Under the pieces are notes generated by a model. That model did no database searches and had not been told where the DNA came from. It worked only from the letters and a program-made list of their open reading frames with translations. Position numbers and translations under genes: made by a program. A stretch of DNA of 64,000 bases from Terriglobia bacterium (GTDB taxonomy: Bacteria > Acidobacteriota > Terriglobia > Terriglobales > Acidobacteriaceae), in the NCBI GenBank assembly GCA_963765285.1, contig CAVXVR010000004.1, forward strand, positions 84,253-148,252. The letters run 5' to 3'. Positions 35,654 to 45,117 of this stretch are shown one piece after another (within the stretch, counting starts at the first letter, position 1; every line of letters starts with the position of its first letter).

Positions 35654-36655
35654 GTGATACGTCGAATTGCGCTGTTGTGTGTCGCTCTGGCGTTACCCGC
35701 CGTTGGGCAGACCACATTAAACGGGGCGGGCGCAACTTTTCCTAATCCGATCTATCAAAAATGGTTTAGCGAATATCACAAGATTCATCCGGATGCACAG
35801 TTCAACTATCAGTCCATCGGCAGCGGCGGCGGCATCCGCCAAGTTTTGGCTCAAACGGTGGATTTCGGCGCCAGCGATGGGCCCATGACCGACGAGCAGC
35901 TCTCTCAGGCCAAGACGAAAATCCTGCACATTCCCACCGTTCTGGGTGCGGATGTTCCCGCTTACAACATTCCAGGCGTAACCGCGGAATTGAAGTTTAC
36001 CCCTGAGGCTTTGGCTGGCATTTTCCTGGGGAAGATCACCTCTTGGAATGATCCGGCCATCGCCAAGGCCAACCCTGGCGTGAATTTGCCCAGCCAGCCG
36101 ATTATTGTGGTTCATCGATCGGACGGTAGCGGGACGACCTACATCTGGACGGACTACCTTTCCAAGGTGAGTCCCGAATGGCAGGGTGGTCCTGGGAAGG
36201 GTACCTCGGTCAAGTGGCCGGTCGGGCTGGGGGGAAAAGGGAATGAGGGAGTTGCCGGATTGATTCGTCAGATGCAGGGCGCGATGGGCTATATCGAACT
36301 GATCTACGCTGTGGAAAACAAGATAACCTACGGTTCGGTGAGGAATAGGGCGGGGACCTTTGTCCTAGCTTCGCTAAATAGCGTCACCGCCGCGGCGGCT
36401 TCGGTCAAGAATATGCCGGCAGACTTCCGGGTGTCCATTACTGACGCTCCCGGCAAAGATGCATATCCTATTTCCAGTTTCACCTGGCTTTTGATTCCAG
36501 AGAAGTCGAAGGATCCGGCCAAGGGGAAAATTCTGGTCGACTTCCTCAATTGGATGGTGGACGACGGACAGAAGATGACGGCCGAGTTAGCCTACGCTCC
36601 GCTGCCGGAAAATGTCGCAGTCAAAGTGAAGGCCGCGATCAAGTCGGTGCAGTAA
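35654..36655 (+). CDS. pstS: phosphate ABC transporter substrate-binding protein
   Basis: LNGAGATFPNPIYQKWF, YQSIGSGGG, VHRSDGSGTT. Confidence 0.9.
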   Translation: MIRRIALLCVALALPAVGQTTLNGAGATFPNPIYQKWFSEYHKIHPDAQFNYQSIGSGGGIRQVLAQTVDFGASDGPMTDEQLSQAKTKILHIPTVLGADVPAYNIPGVTAELKFTPEALAGIFLGKITSWNDPAIAKANPGVNLPSQPIIVVHRSDGSGTTYIWTDYLSKVSPEWQGGPGKGTSVKWPVGLGGKGNEGVAGLIRQMQGAMGYIELIYAVENKITYGSVRNRAGTFVLASLNSVTAAAASVKNMPADFRVSITDAPGKDAYPISSFTWLLIPEKSKDPAKGKILVDFLNWMVDDGQKMTAELAYAPLPENVAVKVKAAIKSVQ

Positions 36656-36672
36656 CAGAACTCAATGGTATG

Positions 36673-36707
36673 AATCCCGAGCCAGACTCCGATGCTGGCT
36701 CGGGATT
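36673..36707 (+). terminator. 13-bp perfect hairpin after pstS
   Basis: AATCCCGAGCCAG-actccgatg-CTGGCTCGGGATT followed by GTTCTATACTGTCGTTT. Confidence 0.55.
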
Positions 36708-36722
36708 GTTCTATACTGTCGT

Positions 36723-37136
36723 TTGATGAGACGAACGCTGGCCGGCGTTGGCGTCCTGCTTCTGGCTATCTTGTTGCCGAGATTGCAGGCGGTGGAGAAG
36801 CAGTACCAGACCGGCAAAATCATCAGTGTAGAGAAAAGAGCCCACACCCGGGTGTTGTATTACCTTGTAAACACGCCCATCACGCAGGACGATCCGTATT
36901 ACGAGGTGGCGATCCGATTCGGAGATCAAATCTGCATCGGGGAATACACTCCGCGGCATGCCGCCGACACCCCGCCACAGACGTGGGAGGCCGGTTCCGA
37001 GGTTCTGGCCAGGGTGGAGAAGCATCACATGTACGTGAAGGGAAGCGGTGGCGCCGAGTGGGACCTGGCGATCGTAAAACGCCTACCTGGATCTGACGGC
37101 AAGAGTACCGCGGACCCCGCTCCCACCAAGAAGTAA
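36723..37136 (+). CDS. secreted hypothetical protein
   Basis: Signal peptide MMRRTLAGVGVLLLAILLPRLQA. Beta-rich composition. Sits between pstS and ppk1. Confidence 0.5.
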   Translation: MMRRTLAGVGVLLLAILLPRLQAVEKQYQTGKIISVEKRAHTRVLYYLVNTPITQDDPYYEVAIRFGDQICIGEYTPRHAADTPPQTWEAGSEVLARVEKHHMYVKGSGGAEWDLAIVKRLPGSDGKSTADPAPTKK

Positions 37137-37179
37137 TATGGGCGTAAACTTGGCAATCTCCCCGGTACCACGCTAAGTT

Positions 37180-39327
37180 ATGGCTCGCATTTCATTGGAC
37201 AACCCGGCCTACTTCATCAACCGCGAGGCCTCCTGGCTGGCTTTCAACCGCCGCGTTCTGGAGGAGGCGCAGGACGAAAATAATCCTCTACTGGAGCGGG
37301 TCAAGTTTCTTTCCATTTCAGCCAGCAATCTGGATGAATTCTTCGAAGTGCGGGTCGCCGGTCTGTTGCAGCACATTGAAGATGGCTACAGCGAAGCTGG
37401 GGCTGACGGTCTCACGCCTGTGCAGGAGCGGGACGTAGTCTCGAAGATGACCCACGAGTTTGTGGACGAGCAATACCAGTGCTGGAACGAAAAACTGCGG
37501 CCGGCACTGGCGGAACATGGCATCCGGGTGCTGGGACTGCACGAACTGGATTCCACGGCGCGGGCGTACGTTGAGGAGTACTCTGCCGGGGAGCTGGATT
37601 TACTGCTTACCCCCGTGACCATCGATCCGGCCCATCCCTTTCCACGGGTGATCAATAAGGCGTTGTGCGTGGCGTTCTTGCTGCGGCGCCGGCGCAGGTC
37701 TTCAGTCACTTATACCGGCGTAGTCACGGTGCCGCGGGCTTTGCCCCGTCTGGTGCGCCTTCCTTCCGAAGGTACGGTCGATTTTATCTTTCTCGCCGAC
37801 CTGGTAGCTTTCCACGCTTCGCGCATGTATCACGGCTACGACATTGTTTCCTCGGCAGCGTTTCGAGTAACGCGAAACAGTAATCTTTATCTGGCGGAAG
37901 AGGAATCGAGAAACCTGCTGGAGTCGGTGCGCACGGAGCTGCATAACCGGCGCAAGGGCGATGCCGTGCGGATGGAGATCGAGGCCGATTCCGATCCGGA
38001 GATCATCGAGCGATTGCGTACCAACTTCGAGCTCGATCCCTGGCAAGTCTTCTCGGTGAACGGTCCAGTCAACCTTTCACGCCTGTTCAATATCTACGAG
38101 CAGACGGAGCATCCCGACCTCAAGTTCAAGACGTTCGTGCCGCGGGAGCTGCGGCTCACCGCCAAGTCGCAGGATCTATTTGAGGAACTTCGTCGTCATG
38201 ATGTGTTGTTGCATCACCCCTTCGATTCCTATGACGCGGTGGTTTCGTTTATCGAATCGGCGGCTGAAGATCCGCAAGTGCTCTCCATGAAGCAGACGCT
38301 TTACCGCACGAACGAGCACTCGTTGATTGTTCCGGCTCTGATCTCGGCGGCGGCCAAGAAAGAAGTGACCGCGGTGGTGGAGCTGAAGGCTCGCTTTGAC
38401 GAAGCGTCGAATATTCGCTGGGCGCGTGATCTGGAAGACGCGGGGGTGCAGGTATTTCACGGGCTGGTCGGACTCAAGACCCACTGCAAATTATCTCTGC
38501 TGGTGCGGCGCGACCCCGACGGCGTCACCCGCAGCTACGCCCACCTGGGTACAGGGAACTACAACGCCGCTACGGCGCGGATTTATAGCGATCTCAGTCT
38601 GCTCACCGCGGACCCGCAAATTACCAGTGCCGTTCACGATGTGTTCAGCTTTCTCACCGCCTACGCCGAGCACCCCAACTACGAGCCTCTGCTGGTTGCT
38701 CCCATCGATCTGGCGGAGCGCTGCCTGGCGCTAATCGAGCGGGAAGCCGACCACGCCCGTCACGGCCGGCCGGCGCACATTATCGCCAAGATGAATGCGC
38801 TGCTCGACAAAAACGTCATCGTGGCCCTTTACGCCGCGTCCCAGGCTGGGGTGGAGATCGATTTACTGGTGCGCGGCATGTGCGCCTTGCGCCCCGGAGT
38901 GCGCGGAGTGAGTGACCGGATTCGGGTGCGCAGTATCGTGGGGAGATTTCTGGAGCACAGCCGGATCTTTTACTTTCTCAATGGCGGCGAGGAAGAAATC
39001 TACCTGGGCAGCGCGGATTGGATGCCGCGCAATTTGTATGAGCGCGTGGAAGTGGTCTTTCCCCTGAAGGACGCGCTTTTGCGGGAACGCGTGCGCCACG
39101 AGATCCTGGCGGCTTATCTGGCGGACACCGCCAAGGCCCGGGTTTTGCAGAAGAGTGGACACTATGTGCGTATCTGGCAGGCCGAGGGCAAGCGCAAACC
39201 GCCGTCTTCGTTGTTTAACACTCAGGAATTTCTGATCGGGGTCGCCGAAGGAAAGCTGTCTCCGGATACAATTCCAGAATTGAAGGCGCCGAAAGTGCGC
39301 CGAGCCGTGGTGCGAAAGGAAAGATAA
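37180..39327 (+). CDS. ppk1: polyphosphate kinase 1
   Basis: 715 aa. FINREASWLAFNRRVLEEA, LDEFFEVRV, the autophosphorylated His region KTHCKLSLLVR and the C-terminal PLD-like domains. Confidence 0.95.
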   Translation: MARISLDNPAYFINREASWLAFNRRVLEEAQDENNPLLERVKFLSISASNLDEFFEVRVAGLLQHIEDGYSEAGADGLTPVQERDVVSKMTHEFVDEQYQCWNEKLRPALAEHGIRVLGLHELDSTARAYVEEYSAGELDLLLTPVTIDPAHPFPRVINKALCVAFLLRRRRRSSVTYTGVVTVPRALPRLVRLPSEGTVDFIFLADLVAFHASRMYHGYDIVSSAAFRVTRNSNLYLAEEESRNLLESVRTELHNRRKGDAVRMEIEADSDPEIIERLRTNFELDPWQVFSVNGPVNLSRLFNIYEQTEHPDLKFKTFVPRELRLTAKSQDLFEELRRHDVLLHHPFDSYDAVVSFIESAAEDPQVLSMKQTLYRTNEHSLIVPALISAAAKKEVTAVVELKARFDEASNIRWARDLEDAGVQVFHGLVGLKTHCKLSLLVRRDPDGVTRSYAHLGTGNYNAATARIYSDLSLLTADPQITSAVHDVFSFLTAYAEHPNYEPLLVAPIDLAERCLALIEREADHARHGRPAHIIAKMNALLDKNVIVALYAASQAGVEIDLLVRGMCALRPGVRGVSDRIRVRSIVGRFLEHSRIFYFLNGGEEEIYLGSADWMPRNLYERVEVVFPLKDALLRERVRHEILAAYLADTAKARVLQKSGHYVRIWQAEGKRKPPSSLFNTQEFLIGVAEGKLSPDTIPELKAPKVRRAVVRKER

Positions 39328-39333
39328 ACCGAA

Positions 39334-39864
39334 ATGATTCTTTACTTTTTGCGGCACGCCAGCGCCGGCGAGAGTCTCAGCAATCTCAAGAAGGACGAGA
39401 AACGGGCACTGGACCAGAGCGGAGTGGAACAGTGCGGGTATGTAGGACGGGCGTTGACCGCTTTGGACGCGCAGGTCGACCTGATTCTCTCCAGTCCCTT
39501 GAAACGCTCGGCGCAGACGGCATCGCTGGTCGGCAACGAAATGGGCTACGAAGGGAAGTTGCAACTAGAAGATGCCTTGCGCCCCGGCACCAATTTCACC
39601 GATTTTCGTAAGATGCTCGACAAATATAAAGCGCAGGAAGCCCTCATGCTGGTCGGCCACAATCCCAATTTGAGCGAATTTCTGGGCCGTTGTATCAGCG
39701 ACGGCGGGTGCGAAGCCGCCGTCGAGCTAAAAAAAGGGGCGGTGGCCAAAATCGAGATGACACGCAGCTCGGCGGTGCTGCACTGGTGCCTTACGCCCAA
39801 AATGCTGCGGGCGCTCTACGCCGCGGCAGCGGAGAGTTCACGGCCGAAGACCTCACGAAAATAG
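39334..39864 (+). CDS. sixA: SixA-type phosphohistidine phosphatase (histidine phosphatase superfamily)
   Basis: LYFLRHASAG (RHG-type motif), SSPLKRSAQT, LVGHNPNL. Confidence 0.75.
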   Translation: MILYFLRHASAGESLSNLKKDEKRALDQSGVEQCGYVGRALTALDAQVDLILSSPLKRSAQTASLVGNEMGYEGKLQLEDALRPGTNFTDFRKMLDKYKAQEALMLVGHNPNLSEFLGRCISDGGCEAAVELKKGAVAKIEMTRSSAVLHWCLTPKMLRALYAAAAESSRPKTSRK

Positions 39865-41345
39865 TCTTTGTCTCTTTCGACTGCCCACAGTTCCAGATCG
39901 ACGCCGGTGCGGGTCTTGGCCTGGAGTTCGAGTTTGACCACGGCCTGCCGCACCTGCACGTTGGCCGTCCGCACGGCGCCGCTCCGGCCCAGGTTCAAGG
40001 CCCGCGCCAGCCGCAACAACAAGGATGCTTTACGCACGTATTCCCGGTCCACCGGCGCCAGTACCTTGATGGGGCCGTCGCCGGGAATGGGCCGCGATTT
40101 CCCAAGGTAACGGGCGATGGCGGCAATGATGTTCCTCTGGGCCGGGGTGTATCCGAGAATCTCAGAATGCGCGATGATGTAGTGGGCGTGACGGTGCCGG
40201 CCGTTCCGGTTTACGTAGTCCCCAACTTCATACAGCATGGCCGCGGCCGAAAGCCACTCCGCGTACTCCTGCGGAAGCCGGTGGACCCGCTTCAATTTTT
40301 CGAATAACTGCATGGCCGATTCGCGCACTTGCAAGGCGTGATTCATCTCCACCCGATAGTGAGCAACTGCAGCGCGAAGCGAATCCCAGCGTTCCGACTC
40401 GAGCTGCCGTCCTGAGCGGGTGCTGTGGTCATATTCCGCCGCCATCTGGGCCAGCAAACCGTCGCGCAATCCCAAAACCGAGTAGCGAAAGCCCTGGAGT
40501 TGGCAGCGCTCCAAAAGTTCTGCGTACACGATTGCGCCCGGAATGATGATCTCAGCCCGACGCGGCCCGACCCCGGCAAGTTTTCTGCGTTCTTCCAGGG
40601 GCAAACGGGACAAAACTTTGGCGATTCGCTGCATTTGTGCCCGCGACACGCTGTTGGCCCGCGACCGTTTTGTCTTGTACAGGCCCTGACACACCACAGT
40701 CAGAGATGCTGCCGTGCCGGAAGTGGCAATGACGGCTTTTGGCCGGGCTCGCACGACGCGTTGCGAGATCCGCGCAAATTCGCGCTGCACAAAACGCCCC
40801 AACCGCCTCAGCTCAGACTTGCGCGGCGGGTCGTGGGCCAGGAACTCGTTGGCCAGGCGGACTGCGCCGAGAGGCAGACTGATGGTTTCGCGAATGTGGC
40901 CCTTGATGGATACCGTGAGTTCGCAACTGCCTCCGCCCAGGTCGACCAGCAGGAGCGGTGAAGCATTTACCCGCAGATTGGAGATTACGCCTAGGTGGAT
41001 CAGCCGGGCTTCCTCCAGTCCGGAAATGATTTCCACTTTCCAGCCGGTTGCTGAGCGCACCCATTCCAGGAAAGCGCGGGAGTTGCGAGCGTCGCGCAAA
41101 GCGCTGGTGGCGACCACGGTCACGTGGTCAGCGCCGGCGTCCTGGACGGCGCGGTGAAAGCGGCGAAGCACTTTCACGGTTTCTTCCATGGATTGTGGCG
41201 AAAGAAAGCCGGAGCGGAATACGCCTTCCCCCAGGCGGGTGACTTCGCGGTCCTCGTGTACGTCGTGGAGTTTGTGTCCCACCAGCCGCGCGATTTTCAG
41301 GCGCACGGAGTTCGACCCGATATCGACTGCCGCAAAGGTCGGCAT
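39816..41345 (-). CDS. ppx: exopolyphosphatase / GppA family
   Basis: AAVDIGSNSVRLKIA, LLLVDLGGGSCEL, GTAASL and a C-terminal HD-like domain. The 3' end overlaps sixA by 49 nt. Confidence 0.9.
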   Translation of the reverse strand: MPTFAAVDIGSNSVRLKIARLVGHKLHDVHEDREVTRLGEGVFRSGFLSPQSMEETVKVLRRFHRAVQDAGADHVTVVATSALRDARNSRAFLEWVRSATGWKVEIISGLEEARLIHLGVISNLRVNASPLLLVDLGGGSCELTVSIKGHIRETISLPLGAVRLANEFLAHDPPRKSELRRLGRFVQREFARISQRVVRARPKAVIATSGTAASLTVVCQGLYKTKRSRANSVSRAQMQRIAKVLSRLPLEERRKLAGVGPRRAEIIIPGAIVYAELLERCQLQGFRYSVLGLRDGLLAQMAAEYDHSTRSGRQLESERWDSLRAAVAHYRVEMNHALQVRESAMQLFEKLKRVHRLPQEYAEWLSAAAMLYEVGDYVNRNGRHRHAHYIIAHSEILGYTPAQRNIIAAIARYLGKSRPIPGDGPIKVLAPVDREYVRKASLLLRLARALNLGRSGAVRTANVQVRQAVVKLELQAKTRTGVDLELWAVERDKDYFREVFGRELSAAAA

Positions 41346-41430
41346 GGCAGGAGGGACTTAGTTTAACAGCGCACTCACCGCATTCAACCAGGAGGAGAAG
41401 ATTTCCACCTTGCGACGCGAGAGGATGATG

Positions 41431-42282
41431 TTACGCCACTGCCGACGTGGAGGCGGTCGCTCGGGCGGCTGGCTTTTGGGCTGAAGGTGCTCGCGGTTCC
41501 AGAATGCTGGGCTTCTTGCTTCCGAGCGCGGCCCGGGTTTCCATGAGGGAGTGAACGGCCTGGCGGAATTTGGATCGAGTTACATTCCGGAGCGCAGCCA
41601 CCAAGGGCGAACCCGGCACTCCGCCAAACATATCTTCCGCGCGGGCACTGAGCTGCAGCCAATCGTGCCAGTCACCCAAGACATCCTGCATGCGTTTGAG
41701 CTGGGCTATGAACTGCTTCACGGCGGCGTCTTTTCCTGCCAGCTCAGCCAGATAGCGGGCGCGTTTGCCCACGATCCGGTACTGATGGAGAGTCTTCTCG
41801 CTGATCGGGCCGCGGTCGGCCGCGAGTTCCGCCACGCGGCGCTGGGCCAGGGCGAAGACGTCAGTCTTTTCGCTGCTCTTCAACTTCGGCGCCGCGCGCC
41901 TCAAGCGCCTGCGGATCTCGGCCACCGTTTTCGAATCAAAAGCTCCAGCCAGCTTCTTTTCCCGTTGACCTCGCTCTTCCACGAGTACGCGCATTAACTG
42001 TGACTTTCGCCCGGGTTCCTGGGAAATCTTGAGGCTGCGCAGGGCCGCGATCTGCGCATCCAGGTCACGGACGCGTCCGGCTCTCTTGCGCAGTCGGGCA
42101 AGCAGTTTCAGCAACTTCTTCTGATTGCGGCCAGGATTGGCAGATATTTCTTCGAGCGTGGCTTCTACGCGCCGGCTGCTGATGCGGAACCCGTGGACAT
42201 TCTCCGCCGTAGGTTTGCGCGCCAGCTTCTCGAGCTGCCGGTTCAGCTTGCGGAATGTCTCTCGACTACGTTCCTGATCCAT
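41431..42282 (-). CDS. CHAD-domain protein (polyphosphate-granule associated family)
   Basis: VHGFRISSRRVEATLE, RVRDLD, HQYRIVGKRARY, LGDWHD. Confidence 0.8.
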   Translation of the reverse strand: MDQERSRETFRKLNRQLEKLARKPTAENVHGFRISSRRVEATLEEISANPGRNQKKLLKLLARLRKRAGRVRDLDAQIAALRSLKISQEPGRKSQLMRVLVEERGQREKKLAGAFDSKTVAEIRRRLRRAAPKLKSSEKTDVFALAQRRVAELAADRGPISEKTLHQYRIVGKRARYLAELAGKDAAVKQFIAQLKRMQDVLGDWHDWLQLSARAEDMFGGVPGSPLVAALRNVTRSKFRQAVHSLMETRAALGSKKPSILEPRAPSAQKPAARATASTSAVA

Positions 42283-42401
42283 ACGATCTAGCCAAACTGC
42301 GGGACAAAAAAATACTGCTTGATCCTGGGAAATGCAAATGCAAGATTCAGCGTGCCGTCCATGCGCGGGAGGCTGGCGAACGGCAGGAACTAAGATGGCA
42401 T

Positions 42402-42419
42402 TTTAACACTCCTGTAACA
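42402..42419 (+). promoter_or_regulatory. Pho-box-like direct repeat in the CHAD/ppx - pstC divergent intergenic region
   Basis: TTTAACA-ctcc-TGTAACA: the same two half-sites as upstream of pstS, in swapped order with 11-nt periodicity. Confidence 0.5.
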
Positions 42420-42442
42420 CAACTTTGCTAGCTTCCCTGTGA

Positions 42443-43477
42443 ATGGCTAATTCAGCCTTAGGAGCGCCCCACCTGCCTGGACCGCAACCTGTTCTAAGAT
42501 CAGAAGTTGCGGCGAACGGCAAGCTTCAGGCCAGGCCTCTGAGCGGGGTCGGGGATAGCCGCTTGGCTGATCGCATCTTCAGCTATGCCATGCTGGCTTG
42601 CGGTCTCTCCGTGCTGGCGCTGGTTGGGCTGATCGTCTACGAACTGATTACCAAATCGAATCTTTCCTGGCACGCCTTTGGCCTGAAGTTTTTCTTCCGC
42701 AGTGAGTGGGATCCAGTCAACGACCAGTTCGGTGCGCTGCCCTTTGTTTACGGCACGCTGGTGTCGTCGATTCTGGCCTTGGTGATAGCGGTCCCTCTGG
42801 CTATCGGCGTGGCAGTGTTCATCACCGAAATGTCGCCGCGTTGGCTCAAAGGGCCTCTAGCTTTTACGACCGAGCTTCTAGCGGCCATACCGAGTGTGAT
42901 CTACGGTCTTTGGGCGATCTTCGTGCTGGTTCCGCTGTTGCGAATGTACGTGCAACCGTGGCTGGCCAAGTATCTGGGCTGGACGGGTTTGTTCAGCGGC
43001 CCACCTTACGGCATCGGGATGCTGGCGGCTGGGGTCATCCTCGCCATCATGATCATCCCGATTATTTCCTCGATCACCCGCGAGGTGATGACTGCAGTAC
43101 CGCAACAGCAGAAGGAGGCCGTTTTAGCGCTGGGTGCGACCCGATGGGAAATGATCCGCACGGGCGTGTTGCGCAATGCGCGCGCAGGCATTCTCGGCGG
43201 CATCATTCTCGGACTTGGCCGCGCCCTGGGAGAAACCATGGCGGTCACCATGGTGATTGGGAATCGTCCCGAGGTTGCACGTTCTCTTTTCGCGCCGGGT
43301 TACACCATGGCCAGCGTAATCGCTAACGAATTCAGCGAGGCGACCGGTGACCTGTATTTGAGTTCGCTGATCGAAGTCGGGTTGGCCCTGTTTCTGGTGA
43401 CCATCATCGTGAATGCCTTGGCCCAGCTTCTAGTCTGGTCGGTTACCCGTGGAATGCCTGCGAGGGGCAATGCCTGA
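42443..43477 (+). CDS. pstC: phosphate ABC transporter permease PstC
   Basis: 6 TM and the EAA-like loop ALGATRWEMI. The start may lie further downstream. Confidence 0.9.
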   Translation: MANSALGAPHLPGPQPVLRSEVAANGKLQARPLSGVGDSRLADRIFSYAMLACGLSVLALVGLIVYELITKSNLSWHAFGLKFFFRSEWDPVNDQFGALPFVYGTLVSSILALVIAVPLAIGVAVFITEMSPRWLKGPLAFTTELLAAIPSVIYGLWAIFVLVPLLRMYVQPWLAKYLGWTGLFSGPPYGIGMLAAGVILAIMIIPIISSITREVMTAVPQQQKEAVLALGATRWEMIRTGVLRNARAGILGGIILGLGRALGETMAVTMVIGNRPEVARSLFAPGYTMASVIANEFSEATGDLYLSSLIEVGLALFLVTIIVNALAQLLVWSVTRGMPARGNA

Positions 43478-44351
43478 AACTGCAACGCCAGGTGGCACCG
43501 TTGTCCCAAGCATCGGCCTTGGGCGCAGAGTGACGGATGTAGCGGTTACGGGGGCCGCTGTCGCGGCTGTCCTTCTGGTGTTGCTGCCGCTGGGAGCGAT
43601 CTTTGTATACCTGGTCTATAAGGGCATCGGCTCGCTCAACTGGGATTTCCTAACCCAGATTCCCAAGCCCCCGGGCGAAAATGGCGGGGGCATGGCCAAC
43701 GCGATCGCTGGATCGGTTTATATCCTGCTGATTGCCAGCACAATTGGTGTTCCAGTGGGTATTGGCGCTGGAATCTATCTTTCAGAATATGGGCGCAACC
43801 GCTTGGGGAACGCTATTCGTTTCACAGCCGACGTATTGAACGGTGTGCCATCGATTATCGTCGGCATCGTGGCCTATGGACTGGTGGTCTTGACGCAAGG
43901 TCACTTTTCGGCGCTTGCCGGCGGAGTGGCTTTGGCCATCATGATGATCCCCACCATCAGCCGTACCACGGAGGAAATGCTCTTGCTGGTCCCTTCCCAG
44001 GTACGGGAAGCTGCCTATGGCCTGGGAGTATCGCGCTGGCGCACCACCTTGTCGATTACTCTGCGTACCGCCACTTCAGGCGTGATCACCGGAGTGATGC
44101 TGGCCTTTGCCCGGGTTGCGGGTGAAACCGCGCCCCTGCTTTTCACCGCGTTCGGCAACCAATACTGGAATTGGAAGATCAGTCAGCCGACCGCGGCTTT
44201 GTCGCTTCAGATCTTTTCCTACGCGATCTCGCCCTTTGATGACTGGCATCGCCAGGCGTGGGCGGGAGCGCTAATTTTGATCATTTTGATCGTGGTTTCC
44301 GTCAGTGCCGTGCGTATTGCGGCAAGTCGCGGTATGCTCAAGGGAGCGTAA
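43470..44351 (+). CDS. pstA: phosphate ABC transporter permease PstA
   Basis: GGMANAIAGS, REAAYGLGVSRW. ATG 43470 overlaps the pstC stop by 8 nt and has a GAGGGG SD. Confidence 0.9.
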   Translation: MPETATPGGTVVPSIGLGRRVTDVAVTGAAVAAVLLVLLPLGAIFVYLVYKGIGSLNWDFLTQIPKPPGENGGGMANAIAGSVYILLIASTIGVPVGIGAGIYLSEYGRNRLGNAIRFTADVLNGVPSIIVGIVAYGLVVLTQGHFSALAGGVALAIMMIPTISRTTEEMLLLVPSQVREAAYGLGVSRWRTTLSITLRTATSGVITGVMLAFARVAGETAPLLFTAFGNQYWNWKISQPTAALSLQIFSYAISPFDDWHRQAWAGALILIILIVVSVSAVRIAASRGMLKGA

Positions 44352-44358
44352 TTGAGTT

Positions 44359-45117
44359 ATGGGTGTTGGCATCCAAGTCGAAAAGCTGAATGCCTGGTTC
44401 GGCAAGACCCAGGCCCTTCAGGACATAAGCATCACGATTGCCGCGAATCATGCGACCGCGGTCATCGGACCGTCTGGCTGCGGTAAGTCGACCTTTGTGC
44501 GCTGCCTGAATCGCATGCATGAGACCATCCCGGAAGCCCGTGCCACCGGCCGGGTACGCATCGGCGATATCGAGGTTTACAACGGCACTTCGGCGGTGCA
44601 AATTCGGCGCCGCATTGGGATGGTGTTTCAGAAGCCGAATCCATTTCCCACCATGTCGATCTATGACAACGTGGCGGCCGGCTTAAAGCTTAACGGGTTC
44701 ACCGACCGCAAACGGCTCGACGAGATCGTGCAGCGCTCGCTCACCTACGCGGCCTTGTTCGACGAAGTCAAAGACACGATGCACAAGAAGTCCGGGGCCA
44801 GCCTTTCGGGTGGTCAGCAGCAACGGCTTTGCATTGCGCGCGCCCTGGCGGTCGAGCCGGAAGTATTGCTCATGGACGAGCCCTGCTCGGCCCTCGATCC
44901 CATTTCCACCGGCAAGATCGAAGAACTCATTTTTCAACTGAAAGAGCAGTTTACGATCGTCATTGTGACGCATAATATGCAGCAGGCGTCCCGGGTGGCT
45001 GAGTTTACCGGGTTTTTCCTCCTGGGAAAGCTGATTGAGTTTGACAAGACTGAGAAGATTTTTACCACTCCGTCCGACAAGCGGACTGAGGATTACATTA
45101 CAGGCAGGTTCGGATAA
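44359..45117 (+). CDS. pstB: phosphate ABC transporter ATP-binding protein
   Basis: Walker [10 protein letters not shown], signature LSGGQQQRL, Walker B LLMDEP. Confidence 0.95.
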   Translation: MGVGIQVEKLNAWFGKTQALQDISITIAANHATAVIGPSGCGKSTFVRCLNRMHETIPEARATGRVRIGDIEVYNGTSAVQIRRRIGMVFQKPNPFPTMSIYDNVAAGLKLNGFTDRKRLDEIVQRSLTYAALFDEVKDTMHKKSGASLSGGQQQRLCIARALAVEPEVLLMDEPCSALDPISTGKIEELIFQLKEQFTIVIVTHNMQQASRVAEFTGFFLLGKLIEFDKTEKIFTTPSDKRTEDYITGRFG

